Source: Curvularia clavata (taxonomy: Eukaryota). From it: a DNA stretch of 64,000 bases. The stretch lies in the NCBI GenBank assembly GCA_023920165.1, contig CP089281.1, positions 558,001-622,000 on the forward strand, written 5' to 3'. The notes under the pieces were generated by a model, which saw only the letters and a list, made by a program, of their open reading frames with translations, was not told where the DNA came from and searched no databases. How positions within the stretch are numbered: the stretch's first letter is position 1; the number at the start of each line of letters is the position of its first letter. Both the position numbers and the translations under genes were made by a program. Below, piece after piece: positions 1-13,283 of this stretch.

Positions 1-1505
1 AAACGCTCAGCCAACTGGGGCCGGCTCCAAGATCCTGTGGAGCTTCGCCTGGGGCTAGCTCCTCCTCCTTGGCCAGAAAAGGAACAACATGTGGATTCAC
101 TTGAGAGACGATGAAATGGTTAACATTGAACAACTCAGATAGACGTGTCATGGGTAGGTCATTGTCTACCGAGCCGTCGATCCAAGTAGCGTCAGGATTG
201 GGGTCCCAAGGGATTTCGAGACCCGTTTTGGGGTCTTTAGCGATAAGGGACGCCTTCTTGTAGACCAATGGGACCGAGCAAGATGTGCACCTGTGGTTGA
301 TTAGCGTAAATATAAAACAGTGGTACGGCAATTACCCACACTGCTGACCAAATCATGACGTTCGGGGCTGTAATGTAATTCAACAGTCTGGGAAGTTCAT
401 AGAGTGAGGACGTCGAAACTGGTATGTTCAAGATGCGACGAGTCCGGTTGTAGGCTTCTTGGAAAGTTAGATCTCCAAGCAGGTTTCGCATGACTCTGGC
501 TAGATGCGAAATATCGAACAAAACACCAGACTTCATCATACGCATCGCCTTTCCCAGGATGCCGTCTGGTTGGTCAGGGTTCTCAAAGACGTTGAGGTCA
601 CCATAGCAGAATTCGTGCAGGATGTCGGGTATCTCTGCATCAGTTTTTGTGCAAAGCACAGCACACACAATGCTACCAGCAGAAGCTCCAGAAATGATGC
701 GCGGGAGAAGCCGGGCTTCCCACAGGGCTTTGACAACGCCAATATGGTTCATACCCAAGGTTCCTCCCCCTGAGAGCAGCAGTGCGCTTCGGCCGAAGGA
801 CTGGCGAGTCTGCAGGAGCTGGTCGACCAGTCGTCGGGGCTCAACAGCACATTGATGACCTTGCTTTTCTGAGACGCTCAACAAAGCCGCCAAGGTTTGT
901 TGTGCTGACTCAATATACCTCTCAATGAGGCGCTTGGTTCCGATGTGCGAATGCTTGTAGAGGCGCAAATCACCCATGTCACCCAATCCGCGGGTGAGGG
1001 TGGTTCTGATGAGGAACAACATCCTCTTGACGTCGCAGCTCATACGCGCGTCGTCGAGCTCCTTTAGCCGGGCGGCGACCAGGTCTGCGTTGTACTCGAG
1101 TGTCTCGTCGTGCTCCTTCCAGGCTTCGTTGCCCTCTAGAATGTCAAGCTCGGTAGCGGCGAGTTTCCATTCGTCGTAAGTTTCGGCCTGTGCAACATGA
1201 TTAGCATGTGACAAGAAGTACCACCAATCTGAAGAACCCACGTCTTTCATGCGCAGGTACAAGACCTGCCGACGAGCGGCATCTGCTGTACCCGCCTCCG
1301 GTGCAGGAACGTGGCCATGGCCCAATATGCCCACAAGGCTCCCTACTGGATTCCTGGCCAGGTGTGCGAGTGGGCCCAGCAGGCCGGCATGGCTCTTGCT
1401 CTTCTTCAGGGCTTTGTGGCCATTTTGTCCTCCTCTTATGTGCAGTCGAGAGCTGCCGCCTGCAAAGATTGTGTCAGACAGCAGTGACATGGAGCGTTGG
1501 TGCAC
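1..1505 (-). CDS. Patatin-like triacylglycerol lipase (Tgl4/Tgl5-like); 3' end runs off the window
   Basis: LLLSGGGTLG oxyanion motif, GASAG nucleophile and WIDGSVDNDLP after splicing. Introns 1188-1241 (in frame) and 291-339, both with GT/CTAA/CAG signals. Confidence 0.9.
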
Positions 1506-2505
1506 GCCATGCGCAAACGTAGCGAGGGCCGGACTGAGGGTTGAAGGGTTCCAGGGAAGGACCGATAGGGAGGTTGTGCAGTGAGTTGGGGAGCAGTCGA
1601 AGCGGGAAGGCGAGGGCTGGCCAGAACAAATATTCGAAGAAAGGACAGCGGTGGGTAGCGCAGTAATAGTGCTTTTCGCAGGAGACGCGGTGTAGGTATT
1701 GGCGGAAAATGGGTCCTGCGTAGGCGGTGGTCATGCGCCAGTTGTCGCGCAAGTCGCGGAAGCTACGTCACGGGCTGAGGGCTGGGATGCTTTTTTCTTT
1801 TCTTCAAGTGTTTTGACAGACGGCTGGCAGGTTGACAAGATGGGAGCGGGCACCCGTATTTCAGGTCCCAGAGACTGCCAGTGCCGGGTCGATGGCCAGG
1901 GAGAGTGGGTGCATGTCCGTGGGTCATCGTCATTACTCGTCCAGGGTACGGCTAAAGAAAGGCTACGATGATTTGGCCCCCCATTGCATGCTGCCACGAG
2001 CATGTAGACAACTGACGGGACCTGCAGAAAAGGCCCGCGGCGCTGCACCCGCTGTCATGGGCCCATTTGGGCATCTGTGGGTGGTGATACTGCTGAGTTT
2101 GTGCATTGGCCTTGTCGCGGATCGAATAAGATGTCGGCGTGTTGCTGCGTCCGACATCGCGATGCCGCGCTGCAAGGCATGCAGATCCGGAGAAAGGTGC
2201 AAAACGTGGGGTGGCATGCATCCATGGCGCTCCACAATGGCTGCATTCTGCCATGTTCGCCGGGCACGAGATGCCTTCACTTGACACAGCATCACACACG
2301 CCAAAAAGCACAAGGGTGTCGCAGTCATGGTCATCTGAACTACTAGATGCGGGCTTAGATACAGCCCCCTTCTTCACATGTCAGTCTTACTGAAACCACC
2401 TACACGGAAACCATCAAGGAGTGTGGCTTGGCCACGTACCACAAAAGCACTCCTTCACCAACAAACAAAGTCATGCTGCCGGCTGCATACAATCACACCC
2501 GCGAC

Positions 2506-3800
2506 TCATGCACGCCGCGTCAACCCCGGTCTTAGTCTAGGTTGCTCGCCCTCCTTGCGCTCGACATGATACCACCCGGACGGCGTCTCCCTGTCCCCGT
2601 AGAAAAGGTGCACTTTCTCCAGGTTCCGCAGCAGAGTCAACATGTTCGAGCCAGGGAGCTCATCGGGGACGAGCAGCTCCGTGAAAGCATCCAGCTGCCC
2701 GCGAGACAGCCGCCTCTCTATCAGCAAGAAGTTGACCATGATGTGGTGCGAGCCAAAGCACATCGTGTTGAGCTGGTACGGCAGCGCCGCAGTCTCAACA
2801 TACAGCTGCCGGCACACGTTGTTCAACAGGCCAAATGTCTTGTACGTTTTGATCCATGGCTTGGCAGCTATCGGGTAAGGGCTTTTCTTGCCGTCAAGCA
2901 CGGTGCAGTGGTACTTGAAAATGGGCACAACTTGCCGTGCCACCTTGGGCATAGTCGGCTCCATGGTAATGCGGTATGTCTCGTACTCGATGTTGATCGT
3001 TCTCCCGCCCAGCGTATATCGGTAGATGAGCTCCCGAACATTTTGTGGAAGTTGCAAGAACTGCGAGCTGGCTTGGTTGGCAGTCCATCTAGTTGGGTCA
3101 GTTCACAGTACCAAGGGCGTATTTCAACTTACACCTACAATTGCTTCTCACGTGACTTTCTCGATAATGGAGACCCGTCTATCGTCTTGCGTGGTGCAGC
3201 AGTCTCCGCGGCCTTGTAGGCCCTCGGCTGGTAGGGCTCTTTTGGAGTCACCTTCTTGATGACTCGTTCAAACAGCTGCGACGTCCGTGTCGAAGGAGTC
3301 GACGATGTCTTGGGCGTCATCAACTTGCTCGTGTCAGCATGTCCGTTCAGTGGCAACAAGTCCTCGTCTTCGTGCCCTTCGTCATAACCTTTCTTCTGCA
3401 CCTCAGCTGGTGGTGTAGGTAGATAGCGTTTGCTCTTTTGGTGATTAAGCTCCCGGGATTTTTGCCCAATCTTCGCTATCTCTGCAAAGAGCTGCCTGTC
3501 AGACCGCATGCGATCCTCGTCTGGCTTTGCAGGTTGACAAGTCCCATTGCTAAGAACTTTGTCGAATACCGAGTGTTTGTTGCCGTTTTTTGGCAAAGGC
3601 AGGTAATCTGCGTCATCTGGAATAGAGACCGGTCCACTAAATAGGCCTCGCTTCGAGACAGACGAGCCTTTGCCTTGCTGGAGGGAATCGAGCGTCCTAG
3701 GCCGCTTGCGGCTGTTGTCGTTATCACGGGCTAGATCAAAGTCGTGGGGGGATTGTCGCTTTTCGGGTTGCCGCCGCGAATACGTGATCTTTTTCACCAT
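2506..3800 (-). CDS. Hypothetical protein: basic disordered N-terminus plus a C-terminal domain opening with an F-box-like motif
   Basis: ORFs 3135-3800 and 2506-3057 join in frame through a 50-nt intron 3089-3138 (GTAGGT...CTGAC...TAG). Motifs FLQLPQNVRELIYRYTLGG and VCRQLYVET are typical of Pezizomycotina F-box-like/DUF7730-type proteins. Confidence 0.7.
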
Positions 3801-4449
3801 TTTGCGGCAGAACGCAAGAACCTTTGCAATGAGTGAGAGAATGGCGAATAGTGCGGTTTGGAGTACCGGTGTCGGATTGCCGTTTGCAGTGATTGGCGGA
3901 ACTGCGACGCTGCCTTGTAGCAGCAGGTGTTGACAACGGCCGACTTGTTCATGCCCAATCCTGAAATGCGATTGGCCAGTTCAACCAAGGACGGAAAGCG
4001 GGTATTTTGAAAAGCCTAGCTGTGAAGGTGAACTTGCGCTCACTGTCACTCTCTGTGAAATGGGTTCAGCGCAACGATGAAGTGCTACGACCTGGTTCTA
4101 CTGATGGCCTTGGAATCCGCGTGCGGTGTGACTAGGGTTGATATCTGGATCAACAAAAAGCGTATACGCGGAATCACGGGAGGAAACGTCTGTGTATGAT
4201 GAATCGATGGGGAAATACGCAGATCTCTCCATTGTCGCGGTCTCACGTGCGGTCATTGTAAATCAATCCGGTTAGGCTCCGTCACATGATTGGCTAGCTT
4301 CACAATGGTCGTCAGCCTGCATACAACAGTGTCAGCTCAGCCCACAATACACAGGCACGCCCTCTCGCTGTACAATGACTAAGTGTGGTAGCCTTACCGC
4401 CCGTCCACAATCATTCGAATCGAGTCAATAGAAAAAGGAAAACACAAGG

Positions 4450-5900
4450 TCGCCACATGGCTGTGCTCACTGCTACTGTTGTCTACCATCTATTCTTACT
4501 AGTGCTTTCATCGTACTCTCCCAACTAGCCTGCTAGTCGTCAATTTCTATTAAGTGTTCATGTTCGCTCTACAAATTATGACATTTCGACTTCATAACTG
4601 TTGGTACGCAGAAGGCGCTATCCTACAGCCTCGAGGAAGCTGTGTCGACTCCAAAAGGCTTTCGTTTGGTATCACTGAGCATACTACGCCCTTGGTGTTA
4701 GAAACTATATACGAGAAGCCCCTCCGAGAACACAATACATTGCTATCTATACTATGTTGCAGAGACTTCTCTTGCGGTTTCCAGTTTGTGAATACCTCGT
4801 TTGGTGAATGTTGATAATTTCCTATCAACTCTTGTTAAGTAAGCATCTCAAACAAATTGAACACAACGACCCTAGCTAACTTTTTGGAATGACGATAACA
4901 AAAGATGTTAAATGTAGAAATTGACGAGCTTTGACCTGAAAAGTAATAGGGTTGGCTTCGTTCAGCACTTCAGTCAACAACTACAGTACTTAAAGAATCC
5001 CTCTACCAGGACTCGATAACAGCATTACAACACATCTAAAGTTCAAAAATCGTGTCCAACCCGAAATCATTCTCAATAAGAACACTATTGAAAGGAAAAG
5101 ACTGCTAGCCAAGCATTACATTCACCGTCTACAACCTTTCTCTACTACCTTTGATACTGACGAGTTCCCTTCCCCTACGCTGCTTAGGATCCAAGAAGTT
5201 GGCAGCAGATGTTTTAACACAGCAATGAGCAACCATCATCCCCTCATTGGTTCACGAGAAGAGCCACATTCCTCTCTGCAACTTCAGACCCCAAAGAGAA
5301 AGCCCGAGACCAAGAGGGGAAGAATCTGGACGCTGTTGATACCAGGGGCATGTAACTACTACAAGTAGAGCTAGATGGGATGTGAAGAAACGGTAATGAT
5401 GGCAACACCCAAGAGCGGACTCGGGTCGTGTGAGTACAAGCTATGGACTCCGCAAGCAAGTGCCCATGTACCCTGTAAAAGTCAGCTGCAGCTGGCATAA
5501 CAGCCAATCGCATTCGAAACGAGACTCAAATAGCGGACCGGGAAATTTAAAATAGAAATGAGGGGAAATCCCATTCTAATTTCCTGATTTCTCCGCGTTC
5601 CCTCTGCGGGGAGATGCTGCGTGAACCATGGTGTGCCGCCTTGATTCCCACTATTTTGACAAAGAGCAACACCTCGGTCCCGTCATGTACTTGCAATGAT
5701 GAAATGTTAGTGCCTATCCATGAGGCTCCGAACCAGGAATTTTGTCTGGAAAAGAAGATCGTGAATGAGACTTCCACTAGTGAAGGCATCATGGGAGCTG
5801 GAGATGTGCCTTCTATTGTCCTTTCAAGCAAAGCTTCTATTTTTATTTATTTTTTGCGTTCATTCTTGAAAGCTATTAGAAATAAGGTTCAATAGAAGCG
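4450..5900. pseudogene. Possible degraded, RIP-like gene or repeat relic
   Basis: AT/TpA-rich relative to the flanks, with an ATG-poor open frame of ~125 codons on + (~4994-5368) among stop-rich sequence. No family recognised. Confidence 0.3.
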
Positions 5901-6246
5901 CAGAAGGTTGTAATAATGTGAATTTCAGTTGCTGCGTGGGGCGGGCCCAGTCGAACCATGGTTGGATGCGGGCCGTCGCGCGTTCACTCCGTAGCAGTGG
6001 AGCGAATTTACGATGTCCAAATTGCAACTTGGTTCGGCTAAGTGATTGATTTCCAGCACCCTGCTCAATACAAAGCATAAGAACGCCCATGTCCCGCACT
6101 TGGTATCCTTTCTTCATTAAGAACCTGGCATGACAGTTGAGCTCACAACTGCTTCCAAATAGTTCAGACCTGTTTACAAGCTAGCTTTCCCTCATATTCA
6201 CACATTGAAGCCCTCGTGAGCGCCGGTGAACAACACCAAACACGCC

Positions 6247-8015
6247 ATGGCTCTACCAGTTAGGAATAATAGCGACGCAAGGTCGAGCGGCTCAAGTGGC
6301 CACAAGAAGACAACCGAGAACATCGAGATGGTTCCTACACAGAGTGTCGAAACCGATGGCAGCGGCCATTTCAAACTCACGGAGCTGAACTGTATCGAGA
6401 AGACAGGCTACATGTTCTCCTCAAAGAAGAAGTGGCAGATTCTGACTGTTGTAGCCTTGTGCCAGACCAGCATGAGTAAGTAAAACTACGCATGACCAAC
6501 TGATTGAAGCTGCCCAGAACTGACAAGCATTAGATTACAACGCCGCGGTGTACTCCAATGCTATTGGGCATCTCAATGCCCATTACAATCTCGGCACTAA
6601 TCACTTCACTAACGCCAGAGCCGGAATGGCTTGGTTCCTCATCCTGTACGGCTTTGGATGCGAGTTATGGGGTGAGTAGTCTACCGGTGTGAGTCTAGGC
6701 GAACATCACTAACAACTCTACAGCCCCTTGGTCTGAAGAGTTTGGTCGCTGGCCGATCATGCAGGTGTCCTTGTTCACCGTCAACGTGTGGCAAATACTT
6801 GCTGGTGCTAGCACCTCCTGGCACCAGGTTCTCATTGCACGCCTCCTCGGCGGTCTCTGTTCTGCCGGCGGCTCTGTGACCCTCGGAATGGTTGCAGACA
6901 TGTTCGAACCTGAAGACCAGCAGATGCCCATCTTGTGGGTCAGTCTTTGGAGTTGCTTGGGCTCAGGTACATTGAGTTACTATCCTGTGGTCAAACTTGA
7001 TTGCTAACACCTCTTAGTCATCGGTGGAATCTGCGGTGGTTCGATTGAGGAATTTCTTGGCTGGCGCTGGAACTTCTGGATCCAGCTGATACTCGGTGCT
7101 ACTGTTCAGGCCATCCACGCCTTCTACGTCCCAGAAACGAGGTCAACAATCCTGCTTAACAAGGAAGCAAGGAGACGACGCAAGATCAACCCAGATGACC
7201 AAGTCGTTGGACCCACCGAGAACCAGAAACTCGACTGGAAGAAGGTATTAGGTATCATGGGCCGTCCTTATAAGATGCTCGTCTGTGAACCGATCGTCGG
7301 GTTTTTGTCATTGTTGAGCGGGTTCAGCGATGCGCTAATTTTCAGTTTCCTGGAGTCCTATGGGTACGTGTTTGGCGAGACTGGATGGGGCTTTACACCC
7401 AGCCAGCTTGGACTTGCGCTGTTCGCTCTGTTCATCGGCTACTGGTTGGCAGGAGTGATATACTTCCCTATCATCAGACGCCATAACCAACTTCGTCAAA
7501 GAGGTACGGAACTAAGTCCTGAGAGTCGACTTTCAGCTCTTCGCTGGATCGTCTTGCTACTACCCGTCGGCTTGTTTGGATCGGCCTTCGTCGTCACAGG
7601 GCCGCCTCTTCCATGGATTGTACCACTCATTTTCGCGGTACTCATAGGCTGTGCTAATCTTGCCATATACTTTGCAACGATCGACTACATGGTCGCGGCC
7701 TATGGAGGAGAGTATTCTGCTTCGGCCACTGGTGGCAATGGTTTTGCTAGGGATGTTCTTGCCGGAATCTGCTCCTTCTATACCGGTCCAATGTACAAGA
7801 AACTCGGCGTCGCCAAGTCAACGTGGGTGCTCTTTGGGGTATCAGCGGGCGTATGTATCCCAGTCTTCTGGATTTACAAATGGGGGCCTCGAATTAGAAC
7901 TCGAAGCAAGTATGCCGAACTCATCCAAGGTGAGCGCGAGAAGAATGCAGCAGCCAAACAGGCCATGCAAGCTAGGCGGGAAGCCATGCTACAGATCAAT
8001 CAGGCACAGGCATGA
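6247..8015 (+). CDS. MFS transporter, DHA1 multidrug-type
   Basis: Introns 6476-6533, 6672-6723 and 6967-7017 give a continuous frame with APWSEEFGR, ARLLGG, GWRWNFWIQ, VPETR and multiple TM segments. Confidence 0.9.
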
Positions 8016-8593
8016 AAGAAGAGAACCACGTTATGATCTCTGAGCTCGGGCAACCAGGTGTTACCAGCTGACTTTGTAATGTGAGAGATGCGTCTCATAT
8101 GTTTTCTCCATACGGGAATGATTGTAGATATGGCGATATAACAGTAAGGATGTTTAGTGAATAGACGGTGATATTGGCGTCTCAGACAGCTCGGGTCCTT
8201 TAGTATATTAGGACTCGGCTGCTTACGTAGCGAATGGGCAGCACATGTATAGATGCGATAAGTACATGAATCGCCTTTTATAGATTTTGTGTTTCTCTGA
8301 AAATCAAGACTACAGCGAGTAAAAACTTACAGTTGCTTAAAAGTTTAGAGTTGTTGTAGCAGACTCTCTATACACAGAAGTAGTGAGGGAGGTGCCCTGT
8401 TAGCGTCTCACATGACACCGCGTCAGCCCTTGACAACCCGCGCCTGCACTCACACATCTCAAGCGAGCCTGTTTCCACAGCATACCAACCCACGAGAACG
8501 AGCGCGGGGCCTACCATGAAATTCATGACGCGCTACATAAAAAACGTATCACCGATCCATCGCCAATAAGTCGCTTCGCCGCAGTGTGCAGTT

Positions 8594-11005
8594 ATGTGGT
8601 TCTTAGAACACGAGACCCTCTTTGGAGGGAAGCGCGTGTGGCTACGCCCAGGATCGCAGCAGCTCTTCGGTCGGACTCGATCGGTCGACAAAGACGGTCC
8701 ACAGGGAAGGAACTGGAAAATCGATAACAAGGCCGTATCGAGAAAGCATGTCATGCTCAAGATCTATGAGGTGGCACCAGAAGATGGCACCAAGCTTCAC
8801 AGCCGGTCGCAGATTGAGGTGACTGACCTCAGCTGCCGACAAGGGACTACAATCGATGAAAAAACGACACTGAAGAGCCAGAAGGCGGAGGACGGGACAA
8901 TAACATACAGTAGTGAAATACTGAAGGGAACAGAGCACACTATTCGGCTAGCTCAAGGTTATGCGCCGTTCAAGATCGTCTGGCGCCCGGTGGTGTTCAC
9001 CTATGCATCCAAGGAATCAAAGGATGACAAAATGCGCAGCACAAAATTGCACTCTCTTGATATCAAGACTACGACCGAATTCATATTTGACAGGACCACG
9101 CATGTCGTATCTACAAAGCGAAACCTGCCCAAAGTCCTCTCAGGCCTGACGTCTGGCAAGCATATAGTGACTGCGGAATTTCTCGAAGCCGTTCTTCGTG
9201 TCGCGGTAACATCGGTCGATGAAGAACAAAATTATATCCCTTCTCAGTTGGAGGAGGACTTTGATACCTACTGGCCGGCTGAGAAGGACTACATACCTGC
9301 AGCAGGCGCGGAGCCAGTCGCTCGCCCACAGGAGATGCTATTGCCTGATGTATCGAGATCAGAGGTGTTCTCGGGTTTGACGTTTATCTTCTTGAACAAA
9401 GGTCAATACAGTAACTTGCTCGATCCCATCACCGGTGGAGGTGGCAAGGCATTGCTTTACAACGTTCGGCCAGGCGAAACGACAGTCGATGAATATGTCG
9501 ATTATGTTCATAGCGTCGCGGGCAAGAAACGCCGTGGGAAAAGTGGCGAGAAGCTTCCAGTTATAACGGTTCGACTACCCGCCTACCCTGACGCGATGGA
9601 AGAATGGGCCGCTCGCTTTGTTACAGGGACCGATCAAGCGCTTGGCCAACGCTCCATCTTACAGAACGAGTTTCTCGATGTAATTATCACAGAAGATCGA
9701 ACTCAACTTCAACTCCCACCTACAGAAGTAATTGAAGTGCCGTCAAGTGCGCCTGAACCTGAGCCTGAACCAGCCGCAACTCGACGTTCTACACGCGCTC
9801 GAACTCCAATGTCTAGATCTGAAACCCCTTCGCAGGCGCCGGAAGAGAGTGCAGCTCCGGCAGAAGAGCCGGCAAAGGTGAACACACGAAAGCGCATACA
9901 TCGACCTAAGGTCAGCCGCTTCACCGGTTTCGATGACGACGAACCGATTCCAAAGAAGAAGGTCAAGGTTGAGAATCCCCCAGTAGAAGAAGTGCCACAG
10001 GCTCCCGCCTCAGCGCGATCAACAGCATCTTCACAGACACGCGTTGAGGCCAGCATGCCGAATGAAGTTGCTCCGCAGTCACACATTCAAGACAGCGTTG
10101 AAAAAGAAGAACAGATGGACACGTTGTTTCCTACGGCTGCGAAGATGAGAAAACAGAGAGCAGCTACTCGAATTCCATCAGTCCCCATCGAGCTCGAATC
10201 CAGCGGGCCTGTACAGAAGTCGAGGACCCAAGTGGACACATTGGCACGAATCAAAGCTAAGGCCAAAGACGAGAAAGAGATTAACGTTCGCGAACACACA
10301 CGTCAGCGGATAAAGGAAGAAGAAGATCGACTCCAGGCAGACGAAGAAAACCTTCGAGAGGCACTCCAGGGTATTGATATTTCTGAACTGAAGAATCTGG
10401 CGAAAGTCGAGGAAATGGAGGTCTTGCCACGACAGAACCGAGCTACTGTGCGCAACCAGAATGGAGGGGAGAGTGAGCGTTGGAATCCAGAATGGAACGG
10501 TCGCAAGAACTTCAAGAAATTCCGTCGTCGCGGTACTGAACAAGGTGTGCATGCTCATAGAGTGATGGTCACGCTTGAGGAGGCGGCGCCAAAGAAAGGG
10601 TTCGGCATTGGTGATGCTTTCTTCCTCGAAGATGTGGAGCCATCGTCGCACTCGCATAACAGCCGTCGTGGGACCCAAGTAGACGACGACGATGGTTCCG
10701 AACCGGAGGTCGGCGGTTTCTCTCGGCGGAAGGAGGCTTCGCGGTCTCAAAGTCAGCAGGTAGTCATCAATGTGGAAGACAGCGAGCCCGACGACGAGGA
10801 AGTGCCTGGCGAGCGGACACAGAGAAGTAGCGGAAGGACGCAAAGAGTTGCAGAAACGCAGCTTGACGGCACTCAGACGCAGAGGAGCAAGAAGAGAGGA
10901 CCTGGAGCTGCAAGTGGACCGCCTGCCAAGAAAGGGAGGTTTGGTAGAAAGGACGATGATAGCGATGATGAAGAGACTGGTTTCAGGTTTAAGCGGAGGG
11001 GATAA
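8594..11005 (+). CDS. nbs1: Nibrin/Nbs1 (MRN complex; ScaA/RcaA-like)
   Basis: N-terminal FHA domain (FGR...VSRKH...DLS), BRCT-like region (TTHVV), Mre11-binding RKNFKKFRR, and an acidic plus FRF C-terminal Tel1/ATM-binding motif. Confidence 0.92.
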   Translation: MWFLEHETLFGGKRVWLRPGSQQLFGRTRSVDKDGPQGRNWKIDNKAVSRKHVMLKIYEVAPEDGTKLHSRSQIEVTDLSCRQGTTIDEKTTLKSQKAEDGTITYSSEILKGTEHTIRLAQGYAPFKIVWRPVVFTYASKESKDDKMRSTKLHSLDIKTTTEFIFDRTTHVVSTKRNLPKVLSGLTSGKHIVTAEFLEAVLRVAVTSVDEEQNYIPSQLEEDFDTYWPAEKDYIPAAGAEPVARPQEMLLPDVSRSEVFSGLTFIFLNKGQYSNLLDPITGGGGKALLYNVRPGETTVDEYVDYVHSVAGKKRRGKSGEKLPVITVRLPAYPDAMEEWAARFVTGTDQALGQRSILQNEFLDVIITEDRTQLQLPPTEVIEVPSSAPEPEPEPAATRRSTRARTPMSRSETPSQAPEESAAPAEEPAKVNTRKRIHRPKVSRFTGFDDDEPIPKKKVKVENPPVEEVPQAPASARSTASSQTRVEASMPNEVAPQSHIQDSVEKEEQMDTLFPTAAKMRKQRAATRIPSVPIELESSGPVQKSRTQVDTLARIKAKAKDEKEINVREHTRQRIKEEEDRLQADEENLREALQGIDISELKNLAKVEEMEVLPRQNRATVRNQNGGESERWNPEWNGRKNFKKFRRRGTEQGVHAHRVMVTLEEAAPKKGFGIGDAFFLEDVEPSSHSHNSRRGTQVDDDDGSEPEVGGFSRRKEASRSQSQQVVINVEDSEPDDEEVPGERTQRSSGRTQRVAETQLDGTQTQRSKKRGPGAASGPPAKKGRFGRKDDDSDDEETGFRFKRRG

Positions 11006-11464
11006 GGTTTCTATGTGTGGCCGGGGGAGCATGACTAGATTATGGAGCTTTCGTTTCGTCTCATCTGTAGAGCATGATACCCAAACACATCGTTACGGAA
11101 GCGCAAAGTCGCAATCATCACATGCTGCGTTGAGCAGAGTGCTTGTGTGATGTCAAAAGCGTGAATTCGTGTCGTCTACATAGTTAATCATGGGACAAAT
11201 ACCACAACGCCATCCGCCCACAGAGCGAAACGAGAACTATGAAGCCCATGCTCTTCGCCCTGTACTGTGTCTTGCACAGTATGCAGGTTGTGCCTTCAGA
11301 ATACTGCATCCATATCTCTACGTTTTACAGCAATCCTTGTGTTGTCTTTTTTTTCCTCCACCAATCTGCCTCTCGCATGTTTACACAAGGGCTATTCTCT
11401 CTATTCTTCGACTGCCATCGGAGCGCCTAAAAGCCCTCTCGGTTGGGTTCGTGTTTGGAGTAAT

Positions 11465-11949
11465 TTATCGCTTGCGCTCGAAGTAGGAACTTGAACCAAA
11501 CAAGGCGACGCTCTGGTCCATGACGGTCTCGCCAACCCAAAGGTAGTTTTCAAACCACTTTAGGGCGCTTGGGTTCTCGCTGAAAGACTCTGGCTTTAGA
11601 CTGGGTCTGGGGTTTAGCTTTAGCTCCAGACTTTTTATCATGTTCGGGGTCGCAAAATCATGTAGATATGTCTACGGTGATGGTGGCGAGGGGAGTGGTT
11701 GGCGCTTAGAAAGAAGGTGGGATGGGGAGAACATACGTGAGGCCAGTTGAGCGTCGGACGCCAGCAAGGAAAGCGGAGACTGCGGCATGGTCAGTGAGAG
11801 TATTTTGGCGAGGCGCGCTCTCCATGTACGTACACAGTACCGCATCGAAAGCGTAGTGAGCGACTTTGCCGAGCTGAGAAGTGTGTAAGCTATGGAGCAT
11901 GCGACTCGGCGGCCCGACAAGCGCAGGCCGGCGGGCTACGTACGACCAT
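11465..11949 (-). CDS. Small DUF1748-family protein (76 aa, 4 exons)
   Basis: Exons 11949-11944, 11873-11834, 11779-11737 and 11606-11465 with canonical splice sites encode MVLGKVAHYAFDAVLFSAFLAGVRRSTGLTPSLKPESFSENPSALKWFENYLWVGETVMDQSVALFGSSSYFERKR. Confidence 0.88.
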
Positions 11950-13283
11950 GTTGGGCAGGGTGTGGAGGTTATGGGGCGAGGCGGAGTTGTATATTGGGGG
12001 GAGGTTTGGCGATCGCTGTTCCGAAGGGTGCGGCGGCTAGGGTGTGTTGTCGTGGGTGGTGGTGGTTGAGTGGTGGAAGGATGCGGTGTAGAGTAGCAGA
12101 AACGTGTGGCTGAAGCCTGGGTTAGTCACTCCCTGCATGTGATTGAGAGCCTGGCACGCGCAACTTCAGGGTTCCCTCGTCGACGAGTGCTCTAGATTAC
12201 GAAGAGCAATTAGCCCCATCTGCCTCTCTGCCCACTTTACTGTGGACATCTCTCATGTGGCTGCAGGAAACCGCCATCTGTACCTACATGACCTGTGGCA
12301 CATCACTCGCACAACCTCGGGACACACGGCAATGGCCGCCATGTATCCACTAACATGGCACTCTAGCACAGCCAGCCTCGACGGCGGCCGGGCAGCATTG
12401 AACCTCGGGCATCAGGGCCATGCGGAGCTCATGCGGGTGATCTAGGAGCGGACCATGGTACGGGCAGGTGATATATAAGTCGACCACCCTTGACGCGGTC
12501 AGAGGCTCCTCAGGGCTCCTTTCCCATGGCCTGACCCCATGAAACCACCAAGACACGACCCATCTGCCGCGGGTAGAAGTACTGAAGAAAAAAAAACATG
12601 ACACGCCAGCATCCGGCCGCGCACCGATACAAGCACGCACCCAAGAAGCGACTAGCTAGATGCGACAACGGGGAGAGCGGGCGGTGATGCCGCGATTTCC
12701 AATTTGTATGAGCAGCAGCTTGCGTACGAGGGCTTATCGGTCTGGGTGGGATGCTTCAGTGCAATGACGGTGCAACGTGGGTGGTTTCGCCCAGGCAATG
12801 GGCGGAGCGCTCACGACCACGGGTGAGGGTCACAACGGCCGTCAGCAGGGCCGACGACGCAGACTAAGCATTGTTATTAAACCCACATTTTTTTCCTACC
12901 AAGCCTAGATCTCCATCGCAATTCGTTTCCAATTGTTATATCCAAACGTGCCGCCGCTCAGGGCCGCGCAGCCCCACGTACTAAGCAGAGCATCACTAGC
13001 GCCGCTCGGATTGCCCCTCCAAAACGCGCCCTCAACAGCCAACAAAACTTCTAGCCCGTCGCCGCAAGAGATAAACCCCGTCGAGCGCCATTCTCTCAGA
13101 GCCACTTCGCTCCACCTCTTCCTTCTTCTCCTCTGCTCTGCAGTCACCGCCATCTTGCCCGGAGCATCTGTACATACTGCTCCTACCGGCCCCGCACTCC
13201 GCTACAGCGATATAATCTCGCCTCACAATCTTGCCTCTCCCTCCTTCTCTACCACACCCCTCAGACCCTACTAGACGTAGACA

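Noticed and set aside
2542..3219. 225-aa plus-strand ORF
   Set aside because: Antisense to the spliced F-box-like gene and reads through its intron; no domain signal.
10178..11032. 284-aa minus-strand ORF
   Set aside because: Antisense shadow of nbs1 with no recognisable motifs.
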